Assembly (NCBI GenBank): GCA_027858855.1
Contig: JAQIBV010000038.1
Location: forward strand, 31,966 to 95,965
DNA length: 64,000 bases
Origin: Spirochaetota bacterium
GTDB taxonomy: Bacteria; Spirochaetota; UBA4802; JAFGJZ01
Direction of reading: 5' to 3'
Position 1 is the first letter of the stretch, and every line of letters starts with the position of its first letter. This document shows, piece after piece, positions 18,763 through 29,395 of this stretch. The position numbers were made by a program, and so were the translations under genes. The notes under the pieces are model-generated. The model was not told where the DNA came from. It saw only the letters and a list, made by a program, of their open reading frames with translations, and did no database searches.

Positions 18763-20025
18763 ATGGAAGAGAGTAAGTACGACTATATTATTATTGGTGC
18801 TGGTTTATGCGGCCTTTCTTTAGGTAAAGAGTTAAGCCTAAAAAACAAAAAAGTGTTATTGCTTGAAAAGGGAAGGTGGCTAAACGATGAAAAATTCGGA
18901 AGCATTCCCTATGCCACTACGTTTTATGATAAAGCCTCTTTAGCAAAAAGCAGACAGGGGTTTTACATTTATAGAAGTTTTGGTGTCGGCGGGTCAAGTG
19001 CTATCATGTGTAGTAATGCTGTAAGTTTAACAAAAGATGAAATTGATAAAATTGGTTTGGATATCCATAAAGAAATTGAAGAAAGTAAAGATGAATATGG
19101 AGTTAGTTGTGTAAATTACCCACCTGGCAAAGCTTCAAGTAAAATTATGGAATCTGCAAATAGTCTGAATTATGAAATGAAATTAATGCCAAAATTTACA
19201 GGAAAAAATAGATGTGTCTCATGTGGTGACTGCATTCTTGGTTGTAAATACAAGGCAAAATGGACAGCTGTTGAAATGTTAAACAGTGCAGATTCGGAAA
19301 AAATTGTAATTAAAACCGGTTTTTCTGTTAAAAGAATCATTCATTCAAATGGAACTGCAGTAGGTGTTGAAGGTGTTTCAAAAACATATTACTCTGAAAA
19401 AATCATTGTTGCTGCCGGCGGGCTTGGTACTCCGGTGATTCTGCAAAAATCTGGAATCGATGCAGGTAATAATTTATTCATTGATTTCTTTAATGTGACT
19501 TACGGAGAAGTACCGGGGTTCAATCAGGCAAGGGAAGTAACTATGTCTGTTGTAAGCGATAAGTTTCATGAAAAAGAGGGCTTCATTATTTCACCATATG
19601 TTGATAATATTGTTAGTCTTTGCCCTGTAATTAAATTTAAGGACTATTCAAAAATATTTAAAATGAAAAGCCATTTGGGAATCATGGCAAAAATATCAGA
19701 TGAAAACATAGGGCAGGTTTATAAAAACGGTAAAGTTGATAAAGAGCCTACAGTGCAAGACTTAACTAAATTGAATAGAGGGTTTGAAATTTCAAAAGAA
19801 ATTTTGATTAAATGCGGTGCTAATCCTAAAACTATTTTTTATACAAAACCACGGGGAGCACATCCTGGTGGAACGGCAGCAATTGGATCTATTGTAGATA
19901 AAAATCTGGAAACCAGGATTAAAAATCTTTATGTGTGTGATGCAAGTGTTCTGCCATATGCTCCGGGGTTACCACCCGTATTAACATTGCTTGGTTTAAC
20001 TAAGTGGCTGGCGAAACGGCTTTAA
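18763..20025 (+). CDS. GMC-family FAD-dependent oxidoreductase
   Basis: YDYIIIGAGLCG; GVGGSS; CVSCGDCILGC; AAGGLGTP; AHPGGTAAIG; NLYVCDASVLP. Confidence 0.85.
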   Translation: MEESKYDYIIIGAGLCGLSLGKELSLKNKKVLLLEKGRWLNDEKFGSIPYATTFYDKASLAKSRQGFYIYRSFGVGGSSAIMCSNAVSLTKDEIDKIGLDIHKEIEESKDEYGVSCVNYPPGKASSKIMESANSLNYEMKLMPKFTGKNRCVSCGDCILGCKYKAKWTAVEMLNSADSEKIVIKTGFSVKRIIHSNGTAVGVEGVSKTYYSEKIIVAAGGLGTPVILQKSGIDAGNNLFIDFFNVTYGEVPGFNQAREVTMSVVSDKFHEKEGFIISPYVDNIVSLCPVIKFKDYSKIFKMKSHLGIMAKISDENIGQVYKNGKVDKEPTVQDLTKLNRGFEISKEILIKCGANPKTIFYTKPRGAHPGGTAAIGSIVDKNLETRIKNLYVCDASVLPYAPGLPPVLTLLGLTKWLAKRL

Positions 20026-20031
20026 CTTCCA

Positions 20032-22023
20032 ATGGATAAATGGTATAATCTAAATTTGTCAGTTGCTAATCAACAACCGGATTTGTCAGATGGTATACAA
20101 GTATCGGAAGATTTCGAAAGAACAGTTTTAATGGCGTTAAAAACATACTCAAATGTTCATAGGGGTAGTGGGCATTTTTCATTAATGTCTACAGAGTTTT
20201 TTGAAAAATCGAGAGAAATAGTAAAGGCGTATTCTGGTCTTACGGGAAAAGAGTATGTAACTATTTTTTGCAGTCCATACGGATTTAATGTTTTAACTGA
20301 ACAACTGGGTACAAAAAACTATTTTTATATATCTTCCAGTGATATTGGTTTGTCTCTTGGAGTTGTTGCTATTGTTATAAATCGGAATTATCTTCCCGGT
20401 GGAACTCCTTTTCAAACAGGTGGTGGGGTAGTAAAGCTGGTTTCTCCAAAATCAGTTGTGTGGTCAAATATACCGGAAAGATATGAAGCGGGTACTCCTG
20501 CGGTAATCAACGCTATAGCTTTTGCAAAAGCATTGCAACTGAAAATAAATAACAGAAAAATTATATTATGCGATGAAAAATCGAAGAATTTCACAGTCAA
20601 TGAAATTCTTAATGCAGATGGCTTAGATGCCTACTCTGGAATTGAACTGTTAATAAAGTTGCGAGAAAAGCTTATAGGTAAAGGTCTTGAAGTACCTACA
20701 GTAAACGGGTTTAAACCCTATATAAATTTCGACAATGCAGCAAGTACTCCAACCTTTGAACCAATATGGAACACCTTCAAAAAAACATTACTTAGTGAGA
20801 CTAAAATACAAAAACAGGTTGTTGAAGAAACAAAGAGTATCTGCTCAAAATTTTTAGACGCACCCAGGGAAATTTATGACATTGTTTTTGCAAACAACAC
20901 CACAGAAGCAATAAACCTTGCGGCGAAAACAATTTGCTTAACTGATAATTCTGACATTGAACCTGTCGTTTTAAATTCACCTGTTGAACATCATTCAAAT
21001 GAATTGCCATGGAGATTTAATAAAAATTTCTCTTTAATAAGATTGCCGGCAAATGAAAATGGATTGTTGAATTTGGAAACTCTTGAAAAATATTTGAATG
21101 ATTATAATGTAAAGAAGCTTTATGGAAAAAAGAGAATTAAGCTGTTTTCTGTTTGTGGTTCTTCAAATGTATTAGGAACTTTTAATGATTTGCACGCAAT
21201 AGGTAAAATAACACACAAATATGGTGTTATCTTTTTTGTAGACGCTGCTCAATTAGTAGCTCACCGGAAAACCGATATGTTGGAATGCAGGATTGATATT
21301 CTGGCTTTCTCTGGACATAAAATGTATGCGCCTTTTGGTGCAGGTGCTCTTGTTTTTCGAAAAGGATGTATTGAGCACAATAACTTAATCCCGATTCATA
21401 ATTATGAAAATGCTAATGCAGCAGGTATTGCGGCACTTGGCAAGTCTATGGTTCTACTTCAAAAAATTGGTTTTGATGTTATTGAGAAAGAAGAGTATAA
21501 ACTTACATCACAGGTGATAAGGGAGTTGTTAGCAATTCCAGAAATAGAGATATTTGGCCAAAAAAGTACAGACTCAAGTGGCATTAGTAATAGAGGAGCT
21601 ATTGTTTCTTTTAAAATCAGAAAAACTCCACATAATCTTGCAGTGAAGGAATTAGCAGAGATTGGAGCAATTGGTGCAAGAGATGGATGCTTTTGTTCTC
21701 ACATGATTGTTAAGCATTTACTGAAAATTCATCCTCTTCGTGAAAAACTTGCAGAACTGCTTTTAATTCTTTTGCCTAAATTGTCTCACCCATCAAGTCT
21801 TCTTCCGGGGCTTGTTAGAATCAGTTTTGGTATTGAAAATAGTGAAGATGAAATAAGGCATTTTGTTACTATTATAAGACAAATAGTAAACAGGCATGGA
21901 TCAAAAATAGAAAGATTTATTGCATCTAAGAATAATGGAACTCCATTTATAAAACACACAGAAACTCAAAATGAAATTGAAAAATTCATAAAACAATATG
22001 TTGTTGAAAATTTAAAATCTTAA
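20032..22023 (+). CDS. Aminotransferase class V / cysteine desulfurase-like PLP enzyme with a duplicated partial N-terminal domain
   Basis: FDNAAST, NTTEAIN, EHHSNELPW, VDAAQ, SGHKMYAP (PLP Lys), RDGCFCSH; extra N-terminal YSNVHRG and RYEAGTP segment. Confidence 0.85.
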   Translation: MDKWYNLNLSVANQQPDLSDGIQVSEDFERTVLMALKTYSNVHRGSGHFSLMSTEFFEKSREIVKAYSGLTGKEYVTIFCSPYGFNVLTEQLGTKNYFYISSSDIGLSLGVVAIVINRNYLPGGTPFQTGGGVVKLVSPKSVVWSNIPERYEAGTPAVINAIAFAKALQLKINNRKIILCDEKSKNFTVNEILNADGLDAYSGIELLIKLREKLIGKGLEVPTVNGFKPYINFDNAASTPTFEPIWNTFKKTLLSETKIQKQVVEETKSICSKFLDAPREIYDIVFANNTTEAINLAAKTICLTDNSDIEPVVLNSPVEHHSNELPWRFNKNFSLIRLPANENGLLNLETLEKYLNDYNVKKLYGKKRIKLFSVCGSSNVLGTFNDLHAIGKITHKYGVIFFVDAAQLVAHRKTDMLECRIDILAFSGHKMYAPFGAGALVFRKGCIEHNNLIPIHNYENANAAGIAALGKSMVLLQKIGFDVIEKEEYKLTSQVIRELLAIPEIEIFGQKSTDSSGISNRGAIVSFKIRKTPHNLAVKELAEIGAIGARDGCFCSHMIVKHLLKIHPLREKLAELLLILLPKLSHPSSLLPGLVRISFGIENSEDEIRHFVTIIRQIVNRHGSKIERFIASKNNGTPFIKHTETQNEIEKFIKQYVVENLKS

Positions 22024-22071
22024 TTGACTCGCGTAATTTATTTGCTTTGGTATATAAATCTGGGGATTCTA

Positions 22072-22665
22072 ATGAAAAGTTATTTAGCACGAAAATACAG
22101 TTATTTCGAATCTTATTTGCTTATTTTCGAAATGTTTCAAACTCTTGGATATTTCATTATTGGCAGAAGAAAAAATATAATAAGTTTTGCTTCTGTTGAA
22201 AGACTTATGCTTTCTGTGACAGAAGTAAATGGTTGTGAAGTGTGTTCTTATAAACATACTTCTGAAGCATTAAAAGCCGGATTATCCGAAAAGGAAATTA
22301 ACGACATTCTGGCAGGATCATACGAAAGTATACCTGAAGAGGAAAGTGTTGCAATATTTTTTGCGCAGCATTATGCAGAGGTCAAAGGATTTATAGAAAG
22401 AAGTTCCTGGGAACGTGTTAAAGATGAATATGGAAAAAGAAAAGCTCTCGCTATTCTTGGTGTAATAAGAACCATAATGGTTGGAAATGCTTTTGGAATT
22501 CCATTGAGTTCTTTAAAAAACAGAATTAAAAGAAAAGAAATTAAAGGCCCCGGTTTTTTTTATGAACTGTGTATGCTTTTGATTTTTTTGCCATGTATGA
22601 TTATCGCTTTTGTTCATTTTTTTGTAAGTGCGATATTTGGAACCAGAATTAGATTCTGTGATTAA
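22072..22665 (+). CDS. AhpD / carboxymuconolactone decarboxylase family protein
   Basis: ERLMLSVTEVNGCEVCSYKHT..ALKAGLS..EI; FAQHYAE. Confidence 0.8.
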   Translation: MKSYLARKYSYFESYLLIFEMFQTLGYFIIGRRKNIISFASVERLMLSVTEVNGCEVCSYKHTSEALKAGLSEKEINDILAGSYESIPEEESVAIFFAQHYAEVKGFIERSSWERVKDEYGKRKALAILGVIRTIMVGNAFGIPLSSLKNRIKRKEIKGPGFFYELCMLLIFLPCMIIAFVHFFVSAIFGTRIRFCD

Positions 22666-22810
22666 TGTCGGTTTTTTTACATGGGCGTTTTACAAAAAAT
22701 TATTATTTAATAAGTAAAACATCTAAAAAACGAAGCCCGGAATTTTGTTTTGTGCATCAACATTAAGGAATTAAGTTGATGCAGCCAATTTGTTTGGTAC
22801 AGAAGATGAG

Positions 22811-22859
22811 TTCTTTTCTTTAAAGCGGAAATTAAAGATATCCACTTTAAAGAAAAGAA
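22811..22859. terminator. Long inverted repeat between convergent operons, likely bidirectional terminator
   Basis: TTCTTTTCTTTAAAG...CTTTAAAGAAAAGAA; a second hairpin TGCATCAAC/GTTGATGCA lies near 22752-22782. Confidence 0.55.
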
Positions 22860-22887
22860 TGTAAAATAAGACATTGGTTTATTAAAA

Positions 22888-23757
22888 CTATGCTCTTCGT
22901 GATTCGATCAGTTTCTTAAGCTTTTTCATGTCTAAATTTCTTTCATACAAAGGTTGGTCACCGTTTTTGTAGGCTGCGCAATTTTCTTCAAATGTGGCTT
23001 TTTGGTTTTCCTGAAAAAAGATACCAGTTGGATAGGGATCGTTTTCAAGAGCCTTTGTAAATGCTGCAATTTTATCGCCCTGATTATGATCACCTTCTAG
23101 TTCGTAGGTGTTTTCTTTGTACCATTTGAAAGTATTGGTTTTGTTCATGGATACACACTGAACAAAGATGTCAACAAGTGCAAACCCCTTGTGTTCGATT
23201 GCCTTTTTAAAAACCTTTTTTGTCTGTTCAGAGTTGCCGGGAAAAACCCGCGCTACAAATGTTGCTCCCATAGCAATGGCAACCGTTAACGGATTGAAGG
23301 GCTCATTGGTGACTCCATCTATTTGAACTGGCGTAACAAGCCCTTTAGGAGATGTTGGAGAACCCTGTCCCTTTGTCAGTCCGTATATCATGTTGTTATG
23401 TGCAAACACGGTGATATCCGAATTTCTTTCAATTTGGGCTAAAAAGTGATTCCCGCCCTCTCCGTATAAACAGCCATCGCCAGAGTTTACAATTACCTCT
23501 AATTGGGGATTGCTCGCTTTTATTGCCATTGCAGCGGGCAATGATCTGCCGTGTAATCCGTTAAACATGTGTCCCTTGATATATTGAGGTAGTTTAGCTG
23601 CCTGTCCAATACCAGAAACAAATACAATTTTGTCGGGAGCCATTTCCATTTCGGCTATGACTTCCCGTAAAATTTTATGTACCATAAAGTGTCCACACCC
23701 CGGGCACCATGTTTTCGAATGCGGCATATCAAAATCATTAGCAGTAAAATTAGTCAT
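22888..23757 (-). CDS. korB: 2-oxoacid:ferredoxin oxidoreductase beta subunit
   Basis: WCPGCG; VSGIGQ; LHGRSLP; GDG..GEGGNH; NNMIYGLTKGQ TPP-binding motifs. Confidence 0.9.
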   Translation of the reverse strand: MTNFTANDFDMPHSKTWCPGCGHFMVHKILREVIAEMEMAPDKIVFVSGIGQAAKLPQYIKGHMFNGLHGRSLPAAMAIKASNPQLEVIVNSGDGCLYGEGGNHFLAQIERNSDITVFAHNNMIYGLTKGQGSPTSPKGLVTPVQIDGVTNEPFNPLTVAIAMGATFVARVFPGNSEQTKKVFKKAIEHKGFALVDIFVQCVSMNKTNTFKWYKENTYELEGDHNQGDKIAAFTKALENDPYPTGIFFQENQKATFEENCAAYKNGDQPLYERNLDMKKLKKLIESRRA

Positions 23758-25479
23758 CTATTTGGCCTCCTGTTCAATTATTTCTGTTATATCTTCTACC
23801 GAAAAAGGTTTTCCCGAATAACGTAAATGTAATGATTCTTTCGGGATGGATATGTCGGCATAAACCTTCAGCAAATTGGCCAATTGACCCGAAGCATTTG
23901 CTTCAATTGAAATCATTTTTTCTGGATTATTCTTCTCTATAAATTCTTTAATATTAGCGGGTAGAGGGTAAAGTTGATGAAAGTGGATGATCGCAATATC
24001 TTCACGATTGCTGTTATCAACTGCCTCTTGAATAGCTGGCAAGGTAGAACCCCAGCAGATTATAGCAAGCTTCGGGCTTTTTGGGCCGTACCATGTTGGT
24101 AATTCTGCAATTTTCTCTATTAACTCAAAACGTTTGTGAAATCTTTTTTTCACCATTTCTGGGCGTATATAATCCATATCTTCGGTGATATGTCCCTGCT
24201 CATCATGTTCGTCAGAATCGACTCTTACAAGGCCGGTACCGTAACCGGGGATACCCCTTGGAGATAATCCGTTATCAGTCAGTTTAAATCGCTGATAATC
24301 AGCTTCAGTTTTAACATAATGCTTCTCGATTTTAATTTCGGTAATATCCAGCTCCGGGATATTATTATATCGATCGACAAAATCCTGATCCGTTAAAACA
24401 AAAACCGGGATCTGATATTGATCTGCGATGTTAAACGCTTTCTGTGTTAAATAAAAAGCCTGTTCAGTTGTACCGGGGGCAAAGATAATCCGTTGAAACT
24501 CTCCGTGACCGGCATATAGCACCAGGTTCAAATCTTCCTGTGCCGTACGTGTTGGCAAGCCGGTTGCAGGCCCTGGACGCTGAGCAATATGCAGAACTGC
24601 AGGTGACTCCATTATGCCCGCAAGTGACAGGGCTTCGGTCATTAAAGCAAATCCACCACCGGAAGTTGATGCTAATGCACGGGCTCCGGCGTACCAGGCA
24701 GCCACTGTTTTATTTAATGCAGCAATTTCATCCTCTGCCTGATCGATTATGATTTCAAAGTCGTTAGAATTTGTCGCTAAAAATTGCAGAACTGCTGTAC
24801 TTGGTGACATGGGATAAGCCGAGATAAAATTGCAGCCACCTGCTATTGCTCCTAAACCAACAGCTTGGGCTCCATTAACAAGAATATCATTTTTTACATT
24901 TTTATCCGGTGTTAAGTCATGTTTGAAATCTCCGGAACCTGTTATTTTTTCTCCGATAGCAAAACCTGAATTGAAGGCCTCGATATTACTATTTACAACA
25001 GACTCGCCTTTTTTGTTAAACTTAGAGTCCAGCAGTTTGCCGGCTGCTTCTTTGTCGGCTGAGAATAGGCCAATGATTATCCCAGCAATAATTGTATTTG
25101 CGTAAATTGGATTTCCAATTTCTTTTGCAATTTCCTGCAACTTAACTTCAATAATCTGACTCTTTTCAAGTTCTGTTATGTCAATTTCGTTTGCTGGATC
25201 AGTGATTAATTTGCTGGATGAAGATAATCTGTTTTTTGAGTGGTTATAAGCATCAACATTAAAAGGAATTAACAGGTCAATTCGATCAACAAATGCAGTG
25301 ATTTGATGATCCGAAACTCGTATCTGAGTTGAATTAGATCCCCCACGAACTCTTGACTCATACTCTTTTGTCGCACAGATGTGATACCCGCTGATTTTTA
25401 GTACACCGACCAGGATTTCTTCAACTGTCTGTACTCCCTGTCCGGCTTCACCGGCTATAACGATAGAAATATCTTTCAT
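23758..25479 (-). CDS. korA: 2-oxoacid:ferredoxin oxidoreductase alpha subunit (gamma-alpha fusion)
   Basis: GEAGQG; EYESRVRGG; AYPMSPST; QAEDEIAA; TSGGGFALM; QRPGPATGLPT; SDEHDE. Confidence 0.9.
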   Translation of the reverse strand: MKDISIVIAGEAGQGVQTVEEILVGVLKISGYHICATKEYESRVRGGSNSTQIRVSDHQITAFVDRIDLLIPFNVDAYNHSKNRLSSSSKLITDPANEIDITELEKSQIIEVKLQEIAKEIGNPIYANTIIAGIIIGLFSADKEAAGKLLDSKFNKKGESVVNSNIEAFNSGFAIGEKITGSGDFKHDLTPDKNVKNDILVNGAQAVGLGAIAGGCNFISAYPMSPSTAVLQFLATNSNDFEIIIDQAEDEIAALNKTVAAWYAGARALASTSGGGFALMTEALSLAGIMESPAVLHIAQRPGPATGLPTRTAQEDLNLVLYAGHGEFQRIIFAPGTTEQAFYLTQKAFNIADQYQIPVFVLTDQDFVDRYNNIPELDITEIKIEKHYVKTEADYQRFKLTDNGLSPRGIPGYGTGLVRVDSDEHDEQGHITEDMDYIRPEMVKKRFHKRFELIEKIAELPTWYGPKSPKLAIICWGSTLPAIQEAVDNSNREDIAIIHFHQLYPLPANIKEFIEKNNPEKMISIEANASGQLANLLKVYADISIPKESLHLRYSGKPFSVEDITEIIEQEAK

Positions 25480-26103
25480 AGTGGTTTTTATCCTCCTTAA
25501 AATTAATCTTTTGTTAACTGGGGCGGTCACTTTCAAAAACTTTAATATACTGGAAGGTTAACGGTTAAAGTTTCTCTCAAGATGAGGTTTCCCCGAAGCG
25601 AATTAATGACAATTAACTACATTTTCAGTAAATACAATTAGAATAGTATTGTGACTTTTTATAATATTTGCAGATGTTTTGTCTCTGCAGAAAAAGGTTA
25701 ATCATAAAGTAGTATAAAAACAGAGAGAATTCAACTGCTATAAGACGGAACTCATATTTAAAGGCGGGTTTATCAGAAAATTATACTTAATAAACGATTT
25801 ATCCAAAAAAAATTGATATTGAAAGATATTAAGTATTCCCTGTGATGAGGTATTAGAGAGGATGATTTTTAAAAGAAAGATATAACTCCAAACCATTTAT
25901 ATGAAATGATTATTGTCGATTAAGGTATTCAATAAAATGTTTGAGAATTGGTCAACAAAATTAGTTTCAGTTGCATTGCAAATAAAAATTGCAAAATATC
26001 TGTGGATTATGTATATTTCATTTTATCGGGGCGATTTACCATCCAGTTACCATAATTTTTAAAACCGGATTATCCCGACTGGTTTAGCTAACAAGGAGTC
26101 TTT

Positions 26104-28269
26104 ATGTCCACAGATAAGCTTCGCTTTGCTGTATTGATGGATATAGCATTTTCGGTATTTCAGGAAGAGCCTTTTATTGGTGTAAAGCGTTATCTTGATG
26201 AGACAGATGCCGAGGCTGTCTTTTTCGGGATAGGCGGGCTTGATTTTAGTAATCCGGAAGACAGGATGAGGATGCAGTTTCTGGATATGATTTCGCCGGA
26301 AGAGTTTGACGGAATCATACTCATGACCGCAACACTTCTTCATTGTGGTGGAGATCAGCTGTTAAGGGATAAGATTGCGGCACGGTGCTCAAATCTGCCG
26401 GTGGTTTCGATCGGGCCTTCAATAATGGGTGAAGACACGCTTATTTATGATAATGCGAACGGGATGAAGCTCTTGATGGGCCATCTTATTGCTGAACACG
26501 GATATCGTGATTTTGCCCATGTGTCGGGCCCCTTGTCGGGAGCAGAATCTCAGATAAGATTGGCAGCTTTTAGTGAATCACTTAAGGAGGCTGGAATTGC
26601 TTTTGACGAAAGCCTTGTTGTAGAGGGTAATTTTCTACCTCCTTCGGGATATGAAGCCGTCTCTGAGTTTTTTGATAAACGAGGGCTGTCTCCCCGGGTT
26701 ATAGTCTGCGCAAATGATTTTATGGCGCTGGGGGTCTGGAACGCCCTGATTGACCGTGGTATTAATGTTCCATTTGATGTAGCCGTAACCGGATATGATG
26801 ACAGTCAGCTTTCTCAGGCTCTTTCGCATCAGTTTACAACAGTACGTCAGTCTTTTAATACACTTGGTTATCTTGCGGCAAAACGTTTACATGCCATAAT
26901 AAAAAAAGAGCCGGTTGAACCTGTAGTTCCTCTTGTTTCAGAGCTCAGGATACGAAGCTCGTGTGGCTGTGTTGAATTTGAAAGACGGGTGGACAAGCAG
27001 AAAACTGGTCCAGTAGTTACCGGTTATGAGGATATAAAAAGTAAGGTTTTATCATGTATTAAACAGCAGGATCCCGACTGTGACCCTGAAGATATATACC
27101 GATCCTGGTCGGATATCGTTCATGGCACATTGCGCGGCAAGCGTCCGGTATATGAACTTGAAGATATGCTTCGTGATTCGTCTAATATGTTAGTTGATAG
27201 CGGCTTTGATCTGAAAAATAATCAGCTTTTTATTACCCTTTATTCGTTACTGCTTGAAGAGTGTAATCAGTCGGTATTTGTCGATTTCTGGAAAGAGAAT
27301 TTTTTCTCGATGAATCTGCGTGTCGCTATGGATAATCTGCATGCGGGACTGATGAAGGATCCCTCTGTTTCTGCCTGCAACGATTTAATGAAGAGTATCG
27401 CAGAGCTGTGTGGCGCTGATACTTTTTTAACAGTCTATTTCGACGATCATGGCAACTATCAAGCCGGCGCAAAAGTTGCGTATTCTAAGGGCGCATATTT
27501 TGAACATATGTCACCGGAACCTGGAGCCTGGTTCCCCAGTAAGGGGTGTGGCTCTTTAGTCGCAAATATTATATCGTACAACGATGAGTGTTATGGTTAT
27601 ATTCTTATTGATGCTTCGGTTGAGCCGGTTAATACTTATGATTATTTGCGAATCAGGTTTTCCGGTATCAGCAAGGATATAGATTCACTGAAAAATATAA
27701 TAACCTTAAACCAGGAGCTGATGCACGAAATTGCAGAGCGTGAAGCAGTACAGAAAAAACTGGAGGCAGCTTTAACGCTTGTAGAGCGATTATCTGTTGA
27801 AGATGACCTGACAAGGCTGCGAAACCGCCGTGGTTTTCTTACATCTGCAGAGCAGCAGGTAAAGTTCCTTCGACGTCAGGATAATACATTTTATATACTT
27901 TATGCTGATCTTGACAAGTTAAAGCCGATTAACGATACCTACGGACATCAGGAGGGCGATTTGGCAATCAGGTCTGCTGCCGATGTTCTGCGCTCGGCAC
28001 TGCGTGAATCTGATATTATCGGCCGGATGGGCGGTGATGAATTTACAGTGCTTGTCAATAAGGCAAAACCCTCAACATATCAGATGATACGTCAAAGAAT
28101 CGAAAATATTTGTGATAAAAAGAATATTGAGCTTAACAAACCCTGGAAGCTGTCGATGAGTATAGGCCGTTTTTTTTCGGATCAGGACTGTAATCTTCCT
28201 CTGGAAGAGATGATCGAACTTGCGGACGAGGATCTGTACAAAGAGAAGCAGAGGAAAAAGAAGGGTTGA
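26104..28269 (+). CDS. Diguanylate cyclase with N-terminal LacI-type sugar-binding fold
   Basis: DNANGMKLLMGHLI..HGYR; CANDFMALG; VPFDVAVTGYDD; IRSSCGC; DLDKLKPINDTYGHQEGD; RESD..GRMGGDEF. Confidence 0.88.
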   Translation: MSTDKLRFAVLMDIAFSVFQEEPFIGVKRYLDETDAEAVFFGIGGLDFSNPEDRMRMQFLDMISPEEFDGIILMTATLLHCGGDQLLRDKIAARCSNLPVVSIGPSIMGEDTLIYDNANGMKLLMGHLIAEHGYRDFAHVSGPLSGAESQIRLAAFSESLKEAGIAFDESLVVEGNFLPPSGYEAVSEFFDKRGLSPRVIVCANDFMALGVWNALIDRGINVPFDVAVTGYDDSQLSQALSHQFTTVRQSFNTLGYLAAKRLHAIIKKEPVEPVVPLVSELRIRSSCGCVEFERRVDKQKTGPVVTGYEDIKSKVLSCIKQQDPDCDPEDIYRSWSDIVHGTLRGKRPVYELEDMLRDSSNMLVDSGFDLKNNQLFITLYSLLLEECNQSVFVDFWKENFFSMNLRVAMDNLHAGLMKDPSVSACNDLMKSIAELCGADTFLTVYFDDHGNYQAGAKVAYSKGAYFEHMSPEPGAWFPSKGCGSLVANIISYNDECYGYILIDASVEPVNTYDYLRIRFSGISKDIDSLKNIITLNQELMHEIAEREAVQKKLEAALTLVERLSVEDDLTRLRNRRGFLTSAEQQVKFLRRQDNTFYILYADLDKLKPINDTYGHQEGDLAIRSAADVLRSALRESDIIGRMGGDEFTVLVNKAKPSTYQMIRQRIENICDKKNIELNKPWKLSMSIGRFFSDQDCNLPLEEMIELADEDLYKEKQRKKKG

Positions 28270-28315
28270 CCTGGTGAATGAGCTTAAAATGCTTCTTTCC
28301 GAAATAGAGGATTAG

Positions 28316-29380
28316 TCAGAGATCATTCGCGCTATCTATTGCCACCTGATTGCGGCCGGATTGTTTTGCTTTGTACATTGCCTGATCCGCTTTTTTAAAT
28401 AAACTGTCAGGTGTGTCTTCCATAGACGCCTGAGTTGTGCCTATGCTTATGGTTGCCCTGATTTTATGGGGAAATTTAGTCTTTTCGACTGCTTCTCTTA
28501 TTTTCTCTGAGAGATTGACTGCATCTTCGATAGATGTGCCGGGAGCGATAATTGTAAATTCTTCGCCACCAATTCTGAAAAACAGATCAGTTGAGCGTAT
28601 AACTTTCGAGACAGTACGTGCGGTATTCAAAAGTACCAGGTCGCCATCTTTGTGACCAAAGGTGTCATTGATGTCTTTAAATCTATCCAGATCAAACATA
28701 ACGAGGGACATTTTCTGTTTGTAGCGTTTGCACCGAGCCAGTTCGTTTGTAACGGAGATTTCGTAGGAGTGCCTGTTAAATATACGGGTTAGAGCATCAT
28801 GGCTTACTGCATACTCCAGCCTTTTTCGCACATAGTATCGGATAAACCAGACAACGGCAATCAGTCCGAGCGTGATTGCCGACAATGTTCCCGAAATTAT
28901 TTTAAAGCTGATAATCTTTTTTTCGTAAGCTTCTTGGGTTGCAAAAACCATCTTGTTAGAGATTTTCCAACACTCTTCGGATGCCTTAACAAAGTTTTGT
29001 CTGTTGGTTTCACTGTTGTTGATCCTGTATCTGTTTGCCACTTTCCTGAGTTTTGACCAGGATTTTTCAAGCCGGTCAAGCAGATAATAAAAAACATCAG
29101 TCTTTTCGTTAAGTCGTAATTCGGTCTCTTTGTCCCGGAAGCCTGCCAGATAATTATCTATTGTAGCATACTCTACCGGGTCAGGTTTTTCCAGCAAAGC
29201 CTCTTTTCGGGCTATACGCTGTATGCTGCCCCGGATTTTGCCCGCTGTATTAATAATGTTTCCTTCATATTCAAAGCGTATAAACTGAAAGTAGGAGTAT
29301 CCGGCCAGAACAGCAGAGAGAATTAGAATTACCAGCGATATATAAAAAGCGGCGTTGGTTTTTTTTGATGAGTAATGCAT
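28316..29380 (-). CDS. Membrane diguanylate cyclase with NarX/PilJ-like periplasmic sensor
   Basis: TM, INTAGKIRGSIQR, second TM; DLDRFKDINDTFGH; RSTD..RIGGEEF. Confidence 0.85.
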   Translation of the reverse strand: MHYSSKKTNAAFYISLVILILSAVLAGYSYFQFIRFEYEGNIINTAGKIRGSIQRIARKEALLEKPDPVEYATIDNYLAGFRDKETELRLNEKTDVFYYLLDRLEKSWSKLRKVANRYRINNSETNRQNFVKASEECWKISNKMVFATQEAYEKKIISFKIISGTLSAITLGLIAVVWFIRYYVRKRLEYAVSHDALTRIFNRHSYEISVTNELARCKRYKQKMSLVMFDLDRFKDINDTFGHKDGDLVLLNTARTVSKVIRSTDLFFRIGGEEFTIIAPGTSIEDAVNLSEKIREAVEKTKFPHKIRATISIGTTQASMEDTPDSLFKKADQAMYKAKQSGRNQVAIDSANDL

Positions 29381-29395
29381 TATCTGCCTCAGGGG

